63,875 bases of DNA, filler included, from Octopus bimaculoides (GCF_001194135.2; 6 parts of 5 records of this genome joined end to end with filler, not necessarily neighbours in it); one strand, 5' to 3'. Shown: positions 12,940 through 27,058, counted from the first letter of the whole stretch. Made by a program: numbers and translations. Notes: a model not told the origin generated them from the sequence alone.

Positions 12940-13258
12940 AGGCACGTGAGCTAATGGTTGGGGCATTCGGCTCACGATTGCAAGGTCGTGAGTTCAAGTC
13001 TCGGTTACGCATTGTGTCCTTGAGCAAGACACTTTATTTCACGTTGCTCCAGTACACTCAGATGGCAAAAATGAGTTGTACCTGTATTTCAAAGGCCAGC
13101 CTTGTCACACTCTGTGTCACGCTGAATATCCCTGAGAACTACGTTATAATGGTACACGTGTCCATGGAGTGCTCAGCCACGTGGAATTTAATTTCACAAG
13201 CAGGTTGTTCCGTTGATAGGATGAGCTGGAGCCCTCGTTGTCGTAACTGACAGAGTTC
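12940..13258 (+). mobile_element. tRNA-derived SINE, family A
   Basis: Head with gagttcaagtc B-box, then tgtgtccttgagcaagacactttatttcac core. Confidence 0.88.
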
Positions 13259-14285
13259 CATCTCTCTCTCTCTATATATATACATATGTGTGTCTGTGTG
13301 TGTATACGTACACATACATATTTACACACTCACACACATATAAGGGTGCATGAAGATATATACACAAAGAGAAGTCCAATGACGGGACTTCGTATATCCT
13401 TAAAAGGACAGTTAAAACACAACCACAATGAAAAAATTCTAAGGGCACGCCGATAAAGAACTAGAAGGAAGGGAATTATGATCTTTGGTTAATCCCATAC
13501 TCGAGTTTCCCTATTAATGATCAAATGAATTAATTTGTCATCCGTAAATTTGTCATTGGGATGGCTAAAACAAGGCATAATTATGTAGCAATAATACCTA
13601 CCTAAAAGGTACGTGCTAGCTGCAATTATTGATTCAAATCAAGTGCGCAGGCGTATTCACATACGCATCAGCAAATAATTAATTCTTAAAAACTGTGTAC
13701 TATATGCCTCAGAATTTGGAAGTTTTACTGCGTAAATCATAATGGGAAAAATTATAATAATTGATTACCAGTGGTTCGCATGCATAATGATAATCATAAG
13801 ACAACATATCTTCATATATAAGAGTCTAAAAAGATATATTCACAAAGAGAAAACCATTGGCAGGAATTCTTGCAAGCTGAAAATGGCTGATAAATCCAAG
13901 TACGAAAAATTAATCTAATATATATATATCGGGAGGGTTATTAACAGAGACATTCAGCTAGGTCGGCTGATATATCGACATGGTGAATTCGATAGACTAA
14001 CACTCAAATTGATAAATATTATATATACATGTATGTTTTGTGTTTGTGTGTACATGTGAGTGTGTGTGCGCCTGGGTGTGTGTGTATTTATCTGGCTAAA
14101 ATGAAGGTGATCTTGTTATGTAATGTTAGACATTGGTCCGATCATTTTGGAATGTTAGAGTAACTATTTCTCCGCGACACATGGGTTTGTGAATATATTT
14201 GATCAATTATTTACTCAATTAAGCAATTAATTGAGGTAATAGCTAGCCCACTGCCACTCTCCTGAAACTCTAACTTTATTACTTA

Positions 14286-14370
14286 CTTTGTGTGATTTTC
14301 CATGAAACATATCTCGTGGTAGAAACTGTGTTTGTACTGTGTGAGAATTATAAACATCAAGAATTCTCCA
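14286..14370 (-). CDS. Candidate internal exon (WRILDVYNSHTVQTQFLPRDMFHGKSHK), unidentified
   Basis: Open frame bounded by ttgtctAG and a consensus AAA|GTAAGT donor. No family recognised; may be chance. Confidence 0.2.
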
Positions 14371-16084
14371 TCTAGACAATATTGTATATGGTGATTGTTG
14401 ATAAGCCACATATCTAATTTCCTTACCCAATTTAGTATAACCTTCCTAAATTTAAAACCTGAGAGGTCAAGATATCATTAAGTTTAAATATTGGCTAGTA
14501 AAATCACTGCAGATATAAAGGAACTACTACGTCACCTCTACTCCTTGAATAAAAAAAAGAAGTAGTAAGTTAAACAGAGAAAGGATTTCAAAGTAATGAA
14601 ATAAAGTAAAAGTGGTAAGTGTATGGCCCAAATGGGTTTATAATAAATGTAGGCACTATTATAAGCTAAATTCTTACCACTATAGTATAGTCAAGGCGTG
14701 TTAACTTTTAATGACGTTAAATCAAATTTAATGAAATTAATTATATCTGGTGCAGTAGTTAAGGATTAGATTAAAGATTAGTTGAAAATTCAGTTCTTGG
14801 CACGTTATGTAAGAAATATTTCAGAGAAGGAGTAAAAAAATACAGGCACCAATCTTCGTGAGACGTAGAGAATTTATGTAAGATGTTTGTGTATGAATTT
14901 TGAGCATGTTTTACTAGATATGTATAGAAAACAGAATAATAACTGTGGAATTCTATATTAGAGTATTCTCCAATCATTGGGTACCCAAGGGGCATACGTC
15001 ACCATTCTTACAGTTACACATTATTTTAGGCATGAATTTAAAAGTTGCTTTATTTTTTTTCATAGTGATAAGGTTATTATTTACAGGAGAAACCGTATCA
15101 TCATCATCATCATCACATTTTGCAGCTGATAGTTGTGTGTTATGTTTAGTAGATGCAGAGTATTCTGTTTGTTCTGAAAATTAAATTTACGTTCGCTATT
15201 TCTGATGGTATTCAATTTATAGATGTTAATAGTCATTATAGCGTCCACTAAATTATGTGAGGCGGAAAATGTAACCACAACAGTATGTCTATTGAAAGCA
15301 TTTTGCTAGAAGTGATGGGGATGTCAGTCTATCACCTTAAAGAACATTCCTGCAATGGCTACGGCTACAAGGATTCCGTACATAGTATATACTACATGCA
15401 TACTCTAGTTCTCTTAATTTTGTACTCATAATATATATACATATCAACACCCACGAGGTTATGTGAAATATTACAATAAATTACATTTTTTCACATGGTT
15501 AATCTCCTTAATCCTATGTTTAGTTCTTTTGTATGCACCTAGTCGAGGCTAATCTCTGAATTATCCATATATTTACCGGGTATTTACCGGGAAACAACTG
15601 AATACTATTAAGATTACAAATATTGTTAACTTAAAATCGTTCTATTGTTGCTTTTATTAGCAGACTTCTGTAAGAATCAATGCCGAGATTACATAAGTTA
15701 CTCTGTACGGATTTAAAAGAATACCAAATTGCTGCTTAAGTTCTTTCACTTGTGCAACTTCAAATTCAAACGATAATAATGAGAAACAATGAACACTTGA
15801 GGAAATTGCACAACCTGATTAAAGAAATTAATAAGCAATCTGAGATTTCGTATTCACGGACAAAACTGGACTTACTTTTACCTAATCTTTAATTCAATTC
15901 AACTGTAGTAAACCTTAATAAAATAAATTAACTATAGACGACGGTGTTTAACTAATCATTTTTATATATAGTATTATACACCACGCCCCCAAAGACCCAA
16001 ACCCCACCGATTTTTATTTTCGTTCAGTTACTTTAAAATCTTCTGTTTTTACTAGGTACAGTTCCTTTGTTTAGACTCTAAACT

Positions 16085-16350
16085 TGCGGAACCCCCGAGA
16101 GCTATCTTATCCTCTGTGGACCCCGTATATGCAAATGTAAATTTTTGAAATAAAATATTTGTTTGTAGGTTATTAAAAACTAACAATGAAACAATTCCCT
16201 TATATTCATAACAAATTCCAAATACAAATCTAGAAAATTTCAATAAATACAGGTACCTCTCCAAAATTTATATATGGACCCACAAATTACAATTTTTACT
16301 CGTGGACCACTTTAAAGCTTCTGTGGACCGCTCCCGGTTAGGATCCCCTC
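16085..16350. mobile_element. Degenerate hAT-like MITE remnant
   Basis: Repeated gtggacc motifs and composition resembling the 44525-44792 element. Confidence 0.4.
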
Positions 16351-16911
16351 GTTTAGAGCAATAGAGCTATAATGGGTCTCCCCTTTCTCTGGCGTCATCT
16401 CTTTTAAAATTCAAATAATGTATATTGCCCTACATTAACCAGTATGATATTCATTCATTTGAAATACTAAGCTGTATTTCGATGTTAAATTTGCATGATA
16501 TTTGGAACGGCTGACGCGATGACGTAAAGGCTGTGCTGCTAGTGGTTTATAACTAGGGTGTTTAGGCCGAGATCAATCACAAAATGAAGGGCAATCTACC
16601 CATTCCAATTAAATGTTACTCAATGTCTATCGCAACTATTGCATTATCCAATGTCTATTTTATTTTTAAAGATTGTATGTTATAATTTGAACGACATTTC
16701 GCCATTATTTCAAACAGCAGTAGCAGCAACAAAGAGACAGCTGTATGGTTAATGTAGTTAATTGACTACTCCACAATTGTCATTCAACTTTACTGAAGTA
16801 TCCTAATAGTGATAAGCATAAAAATTTATTACTTCCTACCATAATTAATTTGGTGTCAATCCGATAGTGAAGTTGCTAAATTATGGACATTTTTATACTC
16901 CTGCTGTAGTA

Positions 16912-16921
16912 GTAGTAGCAC

Positions 16922-16981
<60 letters not shown>

Positions 16982-16984
16982 CAG
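16912..16984. repeat. (TAG)n microsatellite
   Basis: Direct observation. Confidence 0.95.
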
Positions 16985-18239
16985 TGATTTCTATTTTCGT
17001 TGTTTAAATCCGAGTTACTATCTATGTATAGATACACTGAACTAAGCTTTGATTCAAATATCTAGTGATACTCAGTATGTCCAATATATCTATAAATGTG
17101 ATTTGAGGGGAAATTGACTGCTAGTGCTGAAAGCTGGAGTGGCAACATATGGTCTCAGTTTGTCGTGTAGAGTAGTCGGTTGTGCAAACAATCTAATACG
17201 AACAAAATTATATTGCTGTACTTTAACGGAAGAGAGTGCCCTATATGAAAAATATAAATGGGTAGGGTCTCTCGTCATTTTTATAGTGAATTTAGAATGC
17301 ACTATCGAGTGAATACAATCTCACAGTTCGAGTTAACAATTCTCAAACGACGGGTGTTTAAAATCTAATAGAAAACTAAAATGAAGAAAGTACAATGGAA
17401 GAATTTATTTGCAATAAGATCAGTTGGTCAAAATATTAGTACAATATAGGAAATACGGTTAAATATAGGAAACGTAGTTAAAATGAACAACTGGTCATCA
17501 ACACCAACGGATATATTTCAAACATATTGAACCACCTCAGGAAAAATGTTTTAATTTAAGTGATTCCAGCTGCGCCGCAGTGACATTTTTATATACTGAT
17601 ATATTATGCATACATATATTCCACTATTCCTCCAGCAATATGTAACAATCATCACTCTTATTTCAACTTCTCTCCCGAGCACACTATGTTCATACACTCA
17701 CAATCATAGAAATGGGCAGGTATGTATGTGTATGTATGTACGTATGNNNNNNNNNNNNNNNNNNNNNNNNNNNNNNNNNNNNNNNNNNNNNNNNNNNNNN
17801 NNNNNNNNNNNNNNNNNNNNNNNNNNNNNNNNNNNNNNNNNNNNNNNNNNNNNNNNNNNNNNNNNNNNNNNNNNNNNNNNNNNNNNNNNNNNNNNNNNNN
17901 NNNNNNNNNNNNNNNNNNNNNNNNNNNNNNNNNNNNNNNNNNNNNNNNNNNNNNNNNNNNNNNNNNNNNNNNNNNNNNNNNNNNNNNNNNNNNNNNNNNN
18001 NNNNNNNNNNNNNNNNNNNNNNNNNNNNTATATATATGTATATATATACATATATTTATTTATACATATACACACACACTCACACATACAGACACACACA
18101 CACACACAAACACATTTTTATATCTACGTAGGTATAGATATTGCAAACTGTAGATATTTCAACTTTCTTGAGCACCCACGCACATACACTTCAAAACACA
18201 GAAATAGGTGTGTATATATCTATATACATATGTATGTAG

Positions 18240-18276
18240 ATATAAATAGATAGATAGATAGATAGACCGATAGATG

Positions 18277-18332
<56 letters not shown>

Positions 18333-18400
18333 CATACATACATACATACATACATACATACATACGTATATACATACATACATAAGTGCATACATATATA
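18240..18400. repeat. (GATA)n-(TACA)n compound microsatellite
   Basis: Direct observation. Confidence 0.95.
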
Positions 18401-19440
18401 TATACAAACACACGATATAATTTAATTCTAGCAGTGTGAAAAATCAAACTGTGTGTCTTAAGAACAACACAAGGAAACGAATAGTGGAAACATGATGTTG
18501 ACACATTAGTTTCACGCTGGAATGAAAGAAAATGTTGTGGATTGAATGTCATTACGATTCGAATTATTTGGACTTTATCAGCAAAACGGAAAAAAAAAAG
18601 AAAATGAGAAAAATTTCGTATCACTTTCTTAATGGTTTTATATTTCCACCGGAAGTACAACCTATTTATGTCCATTATACCCTCTAAAGACTTCATGTGA
18701 TCTATGGTACTTAAAAACTGAGACCCTTTTGAAAGTATTCACCAACACAAAACATTTCGATTTAAACGAACATCAACATTTAAGGATCTTGAAAATACCT
18801 GTCTACTAGATGCTGTAACAATTCAACTTCTTCTTTGTAGATGTAGTTATACTTGAATGATCAATAATCATTACGTTTGAGTATATGGGTGTATCGGTTG
18901 GAGCTCAACTGGAGATGTACTCTTATCTATGAGTGTATAGATATGAACATTAAACTTTAAAATGTGCGTGTATATAAATTCATTTGCCATTATCTTAGAT
19001 GAATTCTTTTTAGTATGCAAGATAAAGTAAATATTCTAACGATGATATCTGCGAGTAAGTATCTGTGTGCTTGGGTGGGTGGTTGTGAGTGTGCGCGGGT
19101 GTTGCTAGGAAAAATACATAAAGAAGAAATCCGTGAGTATCTCAAAGTTATAGTGATAAATATTTGGACTTTAGATAGATACGCTATAAGTCTCAGTGTC
19201 CAGACATTTAATGTCTGTTTAAAGAAAATCCGCTAATACTGTCATAAAACTTAACATCTATTTGATGGAGCAAACGGCAATAGAATCTTGTTGCCACTCA
19301 GAGACCTGATGAAATGGTTATTATGCCGTCTAAACAAAACATTTTTTTGGCCAAATCAATTCTTGGCTTTCGTCTGTTTATGTCATGGAAATGTGTTCAT
19401 ATGCACACGCCCAATATCATTACACACACACCCAGACACA

Positions 19441-19488
<48 letters not shown>

Positions 19489-19494
19489 CACACA

Positions 19495-19525
<31 letters not shown>

Positions 19526-19802
19526 GGTAGAATATTAAAAAAAGTTCATGGTACAGTATTATGTATTTGAAAAAAAAAAGTAGAGATGGCTTTTGGGGGA
19601 ATAATTTTTCTTTTAATAATAATGTTTACAGTGTGTGAATCTGGTATGAGTTTCAAGCTTCAAATAGTCGTTTTCAAACTGAAAAATGTGTTTTAATGGT
19701 TACTTAAATAGCAAAGAATTCATTCTATTACGATTATGCACACAAAAAACATACACAAAAGCGAGGTAAATATATGAAAAAAATACAGAAGCATGTTTGT
19801 AT

Positions 19803-19837
19803 GAGAAGAAGAAGAAGAAGAAGAAGAAGAAGAAGAA

Positions 19838-19868
<31 letters not shown>

Positions 19869-19940
19869 AAAGAAAGGAAGAAAGAAAGAAAGGAAGAAAG
19901 AAAGAAAGAAAGAAAAAAGAAAGAAGGAAAAAGAAGAAAT
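19803..19940. repeat. (GAA)n/(GAAA)n polypurine tract
   Basis: Direct observation. Confidence 0.95.
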
Positions 19941-20264
19941 GAGTAAATGAAATAAAAATCAAACTAAGATAAAGATGGGAATAAAAGTAAGACCGCTAGT
20001 AACTGAGAACAGGGAGAAGGAGATTTAAGTCCATCAAGAATAAGGGGATGTACATATATACTTATAAATATATGTACATATATATACAAACACACATATA
20101 TATACATCGTACATATGCACACATGCATACACATATATATGTATATACTCACATACATGCACACACATACACAAACATATACAAATATATCAATATGCAT
20201 ACATATATACATCAACACCACATATACACCCCCACGCACAACTACACATACATAAACATGCACT

Positions 20265-20340
<76 letters not shown>

Positions 20341-20344
<4 letters not shown>

Positions 20345-20921
20345 GGCGAAGATGATACAATGGGTTAAATTATCGCCATATCATACTTTTAATTTCATGC
20401 ATGTGCACTGTTTCTTTTGCATTTTGTTGACTACACAGTATAGTAGGTCAGTTGGGCATCCTCTGTGAGAAAAACAGCACTATCACGCGATTCACGTTAC
20501 CAGACATTTGGAAATATGCTCTACTGCTTGGAATTCGTGGCGGAAGCTCCAATATGAAAATTTCAGAGCGTTGTTTATCAATGTGAGGACATTGCAATCT
20601 GAGGACATGTACAGAGAGTGATAAAAATCAAGCGTCCAGTCTCCATTCATCTTCCTACACAGCCTCAAACTCAGCACGTACGCTTACATGAAGTGCCCGG
20701 AGGATGTAGTGCTACTTTGCGTCAAGAGGGCGTCTATTGAAGAATCTTATGTCTCGCAACTGGACTCTGCACCATGTCACATAAGGAGAACCCAGTCATG
20801 ACTGTCAGAATGTTTCTGCGACCACATCACACCTAACTCCTCAGACTGCAGCCCCCTTGATTATTATATGTGGGGCGAGAGTCAAACAAACCTCCTTATC
20901 ACACCGAAGATGAATTGAAGC
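20341..20921 (+). mobile_element. Internally deleted Tc1/mariner (DD37D/maT-like) DNA transposon
   Basis: N-terminal piece PDIWKYALLLGIRGGSSNMKISE is fused to catalytic region PFIFLHSLKLSTYAYMKC...QLDSAPCH...FCDHITPNSSDCSPLDYYMWG, which has one in-frame stop. Begins directly after a TA run. Confidence 0.85.
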
Positions 20922-21720
20922 TCTATTCAGGCAGTGTTTGTTTGGTGTCTTTCTGTGGATTGCTGGGACAGTAGTTCTCGAGGTTTTTGGCAGTATTTCT
21001 TGTTCAGTTTAGTGAAGTATACATCCTTGGCCTTACGAAGATGTTCATACTCTTTCCATAGGTTGAAGATAGGAAATATTTTGAATATTTTTCCCATATT
21101 TTGTGAAGTGCTGACGGCAAGTTTTGTTTTTAACGAAGGGGTCATGGATTTGTTGTTTATGTACCCTTACTCTCTCATATAGCCCAATGCCCGTTTCACC
21201 AATGTAGTGTTCTTTGCATTCGAGGTATGTGGCACAGTAAATTAGCTTTCTCGATTTCCAATTCATATTTGTATTTATTTTAAAAATGTTATTTGTTCTC
21301 CTTCTTCAATGTAATCATATGTTCCAGAACGAGGATCATCACATTTTTGAACTCTCTTTGTTGTTTCTATAGTTGTAAATCTTGCTTGAGTTAAGAGCTC
21401 TTTTAGGTTGGGTGCTTGACGTCTGCTATAAATTATTTTTGAATCTGCTATTAATATGTTCAGTTTTGATGATTGTTGGAGAACTGAGAGATACCGTTTT
21501 GCAATAGTGATGCTGTCGTGATTTTTTGAGTTTGTGTGTTTGTTTTACTCTGAGGTCTGTAGTTGTGATGTTTTTTGTTTTGCTTTGGTGATTGCTGTGT
21601 CCATTAATCTCGTGGAATACTTTTGTTGTTTTAGAAATATTTTTAATTCTTGTAATCCTTTCTGTTACTATAGTGCAAATTCGTTTTGCCGTATTGAAGA
21701 CTGTTTTTTTTTGGTACGTG
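20922..21720 (-). mobile_element. Penelope-like element remnant (RT linker, Cys motif, GIY-YIG endonuclease)
   Basis: Minus strand gives RQAPNLKELLTQARF...KCDDPRSGTYDYIEEGEQI, then LIYCATYLECKEHYIGETG...ERVRVHKQQI and FKIFP...RKAKD.YF. Frameshifted. Confidence 0.88.
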
Positions 21721-21775
21721 AGGTATGGGAGGAATGAAAGTTCAAATCAGAATGATAGTTCCTTCTCCTCGTTCC

Positions 21776-21863
21776 CTTCTTCTTCTTCTTCTTCTTCTTC
21801 TTCTTCTTCTTCTTCTTCTTCTTCTTCTTCTTCGTATTATTATTATTATTAGTAGTAGTAGTA

Positions 21864-21920
<57 letters not shown>

Positions 21921-21922
21921 TT
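21776..21922. repeat. (TTC)n(TAT)n(TAG)n compound microsatellite
   Basis: Direct observation. Confidence 0.95.
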
Positions 21923-22518
21923 ATACACACATGCTTTTGTGTATATTCACATATTTTCCATTATCTTGTGCATATTGTTTTGTGAGTGTACTTGTTAGAA
22001 AAAATTCTGTGATATTTAAGCAACCAGTAAAACATACGTTTTTCAGTTTGAAAACGGCAATTTGAAGTTTGAAACCCATACGAGAATCACCCACTAAGCA
22101 TTATTATTAAAATAATCATTATCCAATAAATAGCATATATGCAGAAATTTTTTTGTTCATCTTATCTACTAATAAAAGAAAAATAAAATCTGTGTTTGTG
22201 TATATGTGTTTATATGTGTGTATATATGTATATATACACAAACATATACACACACACACATATGAATATATGTATCTCTTCGAAGCGCTTACTTTTAGAA
22301 TGATAGCAGCTCATGAAGGAAATGTTCTCTATGTGGCCTGTGTGTTTTCTGTGCTCATTTTATTTTCTGTGCTCATTTATTTTCTGTTTCTCATTTTATC
22401 CACTTTTTTTTGTAACGTCCTGTACCCAGATATGCATCTATATACACATGTAGATGTAGGTATGTACATACATGTACGTATATATGCATATACTCACACA
22501 CACACACACACACACACG

Positions 22519-22562
<44 letters not shown>

Positions 22563-22565
<3 letters not shown>

Positions 22566-22685
22566 CAGTTTCCGTCTTTGAAATTCACGGCTAGGGGCTT
22601 TATTAGAAGGCTCAAAATGCCACGTAGAGAGATAGAACCTGGAACTATGTGCTTGTGAAGCAAACTTGTTTCCATACAGCTGTGT
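22563..22685 (-). mobile_element. Family B SINE 5' half, degenerate
   Basis: cagtttccgtct...gaacctggaactatgtg...cagctgtg is the reverse complement of the family B head. Confidence 0.7.
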
Positions 22686-23833
22686 CAACGCTCTAACACA
22701 AATTTGAACTCATGATATCACTTTGCTTACAAGAAGCATATGACTGCATGATATGATTTTCGACATTTTAGCTACGATCGTTCGTTTAACAGCCCAGAAA
22801 AAATCAAATGCCAAACGGTTACATGATTGATTCTCGATACGCATGCGTAAAGTATTTGTAGACTGAGGACTTTATTGCGTGTTCTGAACTCATTGTATTC
22901 CATTTGATATTTCTTCTCGAGAAATGCCTTTTGTATCGATGTCTTTCTTTGTTATTTTTTAAATTTTATATTATACATAACTTTTTAAAAATTATCCTTT
23001 TTAATATTGTTTTTTGTTATTTCTTTATTTTACTTTCACTTTTGTTTTCAGCGAACTGGAGAAAATAGGCTTCTATGTATTTTATTGTGCCTTGAAGTAG
23101 AGAGCAGTGAAGGAGGAAAAGATAAATTATTAAGGAGACTAGAGAGAGAGAGACAAACTGACAGACAGAGAGCGCTAGATGAGAAGAGAGAATGAAGAAG
23201 AGAAATGACATAGGTGCTTAACCGATATAAACCGCTAGAAGAGAGATGCCGGCGAGATAGTGACAGAGAGGTATTGTGACAATACCGAAAGTAAGAGAAA
23301 AGTTACTGGCGAAAGAGCACAAGGAAAGGAAAAGAAAAAAAGAGGGAAGAAATGTGAGAAAAGAGAAGTGGCAGTAAATGTATGTTGGTTTAGATGCTAC
23401 GGAGTTTGTCGTTCTGGCTTTGTGTTTTAATATGCGTGACTACGTGTATGAATAGGGATACGGAAAAAGACTCATGAAACGGGGAGACAATGTAAATAAG
23501 AGGAAGGGAAGCAGACGGGGGGAAGTAAATATCAGAAAAGGATATGACTAGAAAATAGGTAACGGATTAGTAAGAAAGTAGGTAGATATCGAATAACTGA
23601 GGTACAGATGGAAAGACAAAGAGAAAGGGAAGACGAGAGAGAGATAGAGGGGGAAGAGAGGGAAGGAGAAACGGGCGAGATAAAAAGAAGGCCACAAGCA
23701 CAAACGTACACATTTACATACTTCGTGAATGTGAGGTTGAACCTAAACGAGTAATTCTAAATGAACTGATAGTACTGAGGTGATAAGTAGATGAAAAAAG
23801 AATATAGTGAGGGAGTGAGAGAAAGGGAAAGTT

Positions 23834-23888
<55 letters not shown>

Positions 23889-24475
23889 NNNNNNNNNNCA
23901 GAAAGAGAAAGAGAGTAATATCTATAGGTGTTAGGGAATATTAAGGAGAAATATGTAATGGATGTTGTAGATGAGAGGAAATTCTGAAGTAGAGGACGTC
24001 CACGTTTACAACTTCGATTCACGAGAAATCAGCACGCTGACCGTTTCAGAGAATGAAATCTCCATCACGCCTCCAGCATTCTGACCACTTGTGTATAATC
24101 ACAGTGAGCGTGTGTGCATATGTGCATGTGTTGATTTAAATGTATAGATGTGTTTGTGAGATTGTGAAAACTGTGTGGGAGAGAGACAGAGAGAGACAGA
24201 GAGAGAGAGAGAGACACGGAGAGGAATCAAGTGTACTCATAGACACTATCATTAGGAACACTATCAACACCATCATCATATGATTATATAGATTTGACAT
24301 ATACACACATATGTTTATGTGTGTATGCGTGCGCTTTTGTGTCGGAGCGTGTGCGCATCTGTGTGTGTGAGTATGTGTGCGTGTGTGTACAGATATATAA
24401 ATGTTTCTGTGGACTTATGTAAACATATATCAAAATAAACGGGTCACTATTAAAAACAAAAAACAACTATATATT

Positions 24476-24893
24476 GGCGCAGGGGTGGCTGTGTGGTAAA
24501 TAGCTTGCTTACCAATCACATGGTTTCGGGTTCAGTCCCACTGCATGACACTTTGGGCAAGTATCTTCTACAATAGCCTCGGGCCGACCAAAGCCTTGTG
24601 AGTGGATTTGGTAGTCGGAAACTGAAAGACACCCATCGTATATATATGTATATCTANNNNNNNNNNTATATATGTATGTATGTATGTATGTTTGTATATA
24701 TGTTTGTACCCCCAACATCGCTGGACACCGATGGTGGTGCGTTTACGTCCCCGTAATTAGTGGTTCGGCAAAAGAGACCGATAGAGTAAGTACTAGGCTT
24801 CCAAAGAATAAGTCCTGGGGTTGATTGGTCGACTAAAGGCGGTGATCCATAGTTAAAATGACTGAAACAAGTAAAAGAGTAAAAGAGTAAAGA
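24476..24893 (+). mobile_element. tRNA-derived SINE, family B
   Basis: Full head and tail homologous to 7120-7520. Confidence 0.9.
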
Positions 24894-25943
24894 GTATATG
24901 CTTATCTTGCGCAAAGCAATTAGCAAACACCTCAATTAAAGTAAAAGAATCAACCTTAGAGTAATCATGAAATATAATCAGAGAAAAGACAGTTGACTAC
25001 AAATGTAAAAATTGAAGCTATATTTAGAAAGAAATACGGAGCAGATTATACCTCGTCTTCCGACTTGATCGTATCTGACAGTCAAACGTTTATAAAACAA
25101 ATATCAGCGCATGATAATTCATCAGTCGCATAACGAAGGTCGTGAAAGAATTTGCACTATATTGGGGGAGGGGGAGAGGGGCGGTCAAAGTTTCAGAACA
25201 TGAATACGCTGAATTTTAATTCTAAAAGACGTTTCAAAGAGTGCACAAATCAATAATATTAACATTTAAAATGGAAATCACAATTTCTGTACATAAATTA
25301 ATTGTTATAATAATTATAGGAATGAATAACTCGCTATTACACATAAATATTTATTACAAATAAACAATCCCACTCACAACGCTAACAACAAACATGGCTA
25401 TATTTAAGAGCATACATTGATATGAACACATATTCATACACACAAACACAGACATACGCGCGCACACGTACACACACACACACACACACATTTGACGGGG
25501 AAATGTTATAGATGTATGGCCAATATGGCAACTACATTTATGAACTTAACAACTTTCACGTTTGAAGTCGCATTTCACGTTTATTATGAATTGAATTTTA
25601 GAGATGTGGAAAAGGTATAGGTAAATTATTAAGGAGACGAGAGGGAGAGAGAGAGAGTGAGGGAGAGAAAGAGAGAAGGAGAAAGAGAGAGTGAGAGCTA
25701 GACTAGTGATCATTAGACATATATTTGTGAGCCTTGATCGCTCGACGGTTCAAGAGAGATAAAATGTACGTCACAGTGATGCATTATCCGTATTTGGGAT
25801 ATTAGTACGTTTATCAGAAATAAAATCCACAGTTCTGTTCGCACTGAATGTAGACAGGGTTGTGCTAAGTTACACACTGAATGGCATTATTCGTACCTAA
25901 TGCAATAATAACAGCAGTGCAGTTTACAATTTACATGTTTCTA

Positions 25944-26157
25944 AAGGCAGCGAGCTGGCAGAAACGTTAGCACGCCAGGCGAAATGCTTAGCGGTATTTC
26001 GTCTGCCGTTATGTTCTGAGTCCAAATTCCGCCGAGGTCGACTTTGCCTTTCATCCTTTCGGTGTCTATAAAGTAAGTACCAGTTGCGTACTAGGGTCGA
26101 TCTAATCGACTGGTCCCCTCCCCCAAAATTTCTGGCCTTGTGCCTAGAGTAGAAAAG
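25944..26157 (+). mobile_element. Family C SINE with 16-bp TSD
   Basis: aatttacatgtttcta (25928-25943) and aatttacatgttccta (26158-26173) flank the element. Confidence 0.92.
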
Positions 26158-26362
26158 AATTTACATGTTCCTACAGGAATAAAACTTCCCATCAAATAAA
26201 AGCAACAGCATTACTACTACTGCTGCTGCTGCTGCTACTGCTGCGGATGCTGCCATGTGACTAAAACTGCTATGCTATTACCACTAAAAAATCGTAGCGG
26301 TAATGATGATGATGATGATGCTGATGGTGATGATGATGCTGATGATGATTATGACAACGACG

Positions 26363-26416
<54 letters not shown>

Positions 26417-26424
26417 GTAATCTG

Positions 26425-26637
26425 TCCTACTCTAGGCACAAGGCCCGAAATTTTGGGGGAGCGGGACCAGTCGATTAGATCGACCTCAGTATGCAACTGG
26501 TAACTGATTTATCGACTGCGAAGGGATGAAAGGCAACGTCCACCTCAGCGGAATTTGAACTCAATCGTGTGAAGACGGACGAACAATACCGCTAAGCATT
26601 TTGCCCCGCATGCTAACGACTCTGCCAGCTCGCCGCC

Positions 26638-26640
<3 letters not shown>
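26425..26640 (-). mobile_element. Family C SINE
   Basis: Reverse complement of the family C head ends gccagctcgccgcct. Confidence 0.9.
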
Positions 26641-26715
<75 letters not shown>

Positions 26716-26778
26716 GTAATAATAATAATAATAATAATAATAGAGCGAATAATAATAAGAGAGCGAAAGAGAGCGAAT

Positions 26779-26901
26779 AATGCAGATATTGACAAAGCAC
26801 TTACCCATCAATGGCTAATGGCCTCTGGCTTGAAATCAGAAACAGAGGGGTTTATCATAGCAGCCCAAGATCAATGCCTATCTACAAAGAACTACCAGGC
26901 C
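26779..26901 (+). mobile_element. R4/Dong-type LINE fragment (post-RT region)
   Basis: NADIDKALTHQWLMASGLKSETEGFIIAAQDQCLSTKNYQA, containing the ETEG..IAAQDQ motif. Confidence 0.82.
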
Positions 26902-27001
26902 NNNNNNNNNNNNNNNNNNNNNNNNNNNNNNNNNNNNNNNNNNNNTTAATTAATTAANNNNNNNNNNNNNNNNNNNNNNNNNNNNNNNNNNNNNNNNNNN
27001 N

Positions 27002-27058
<57 letters not shown>

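Noticed and set aside
20425-20460. gactacacagtatagtaggtc hairpin as a possible hammerhead
   Set aside because: It lies in the 5' non-coding part of the mariner-type element and lacks the core motifs.
21725-21985. Poly-Leu/Ile/Ser/Lys ORFs (also 26257-26800, 33020-33277)
   Set aside because: These are translations of trinucleotide microsatellites.
24156-24175. tgagattgtgaaaactg resembling bantam miRNA
   Set aside because: The seed region is disrupted and no precursor hairpin is evident.
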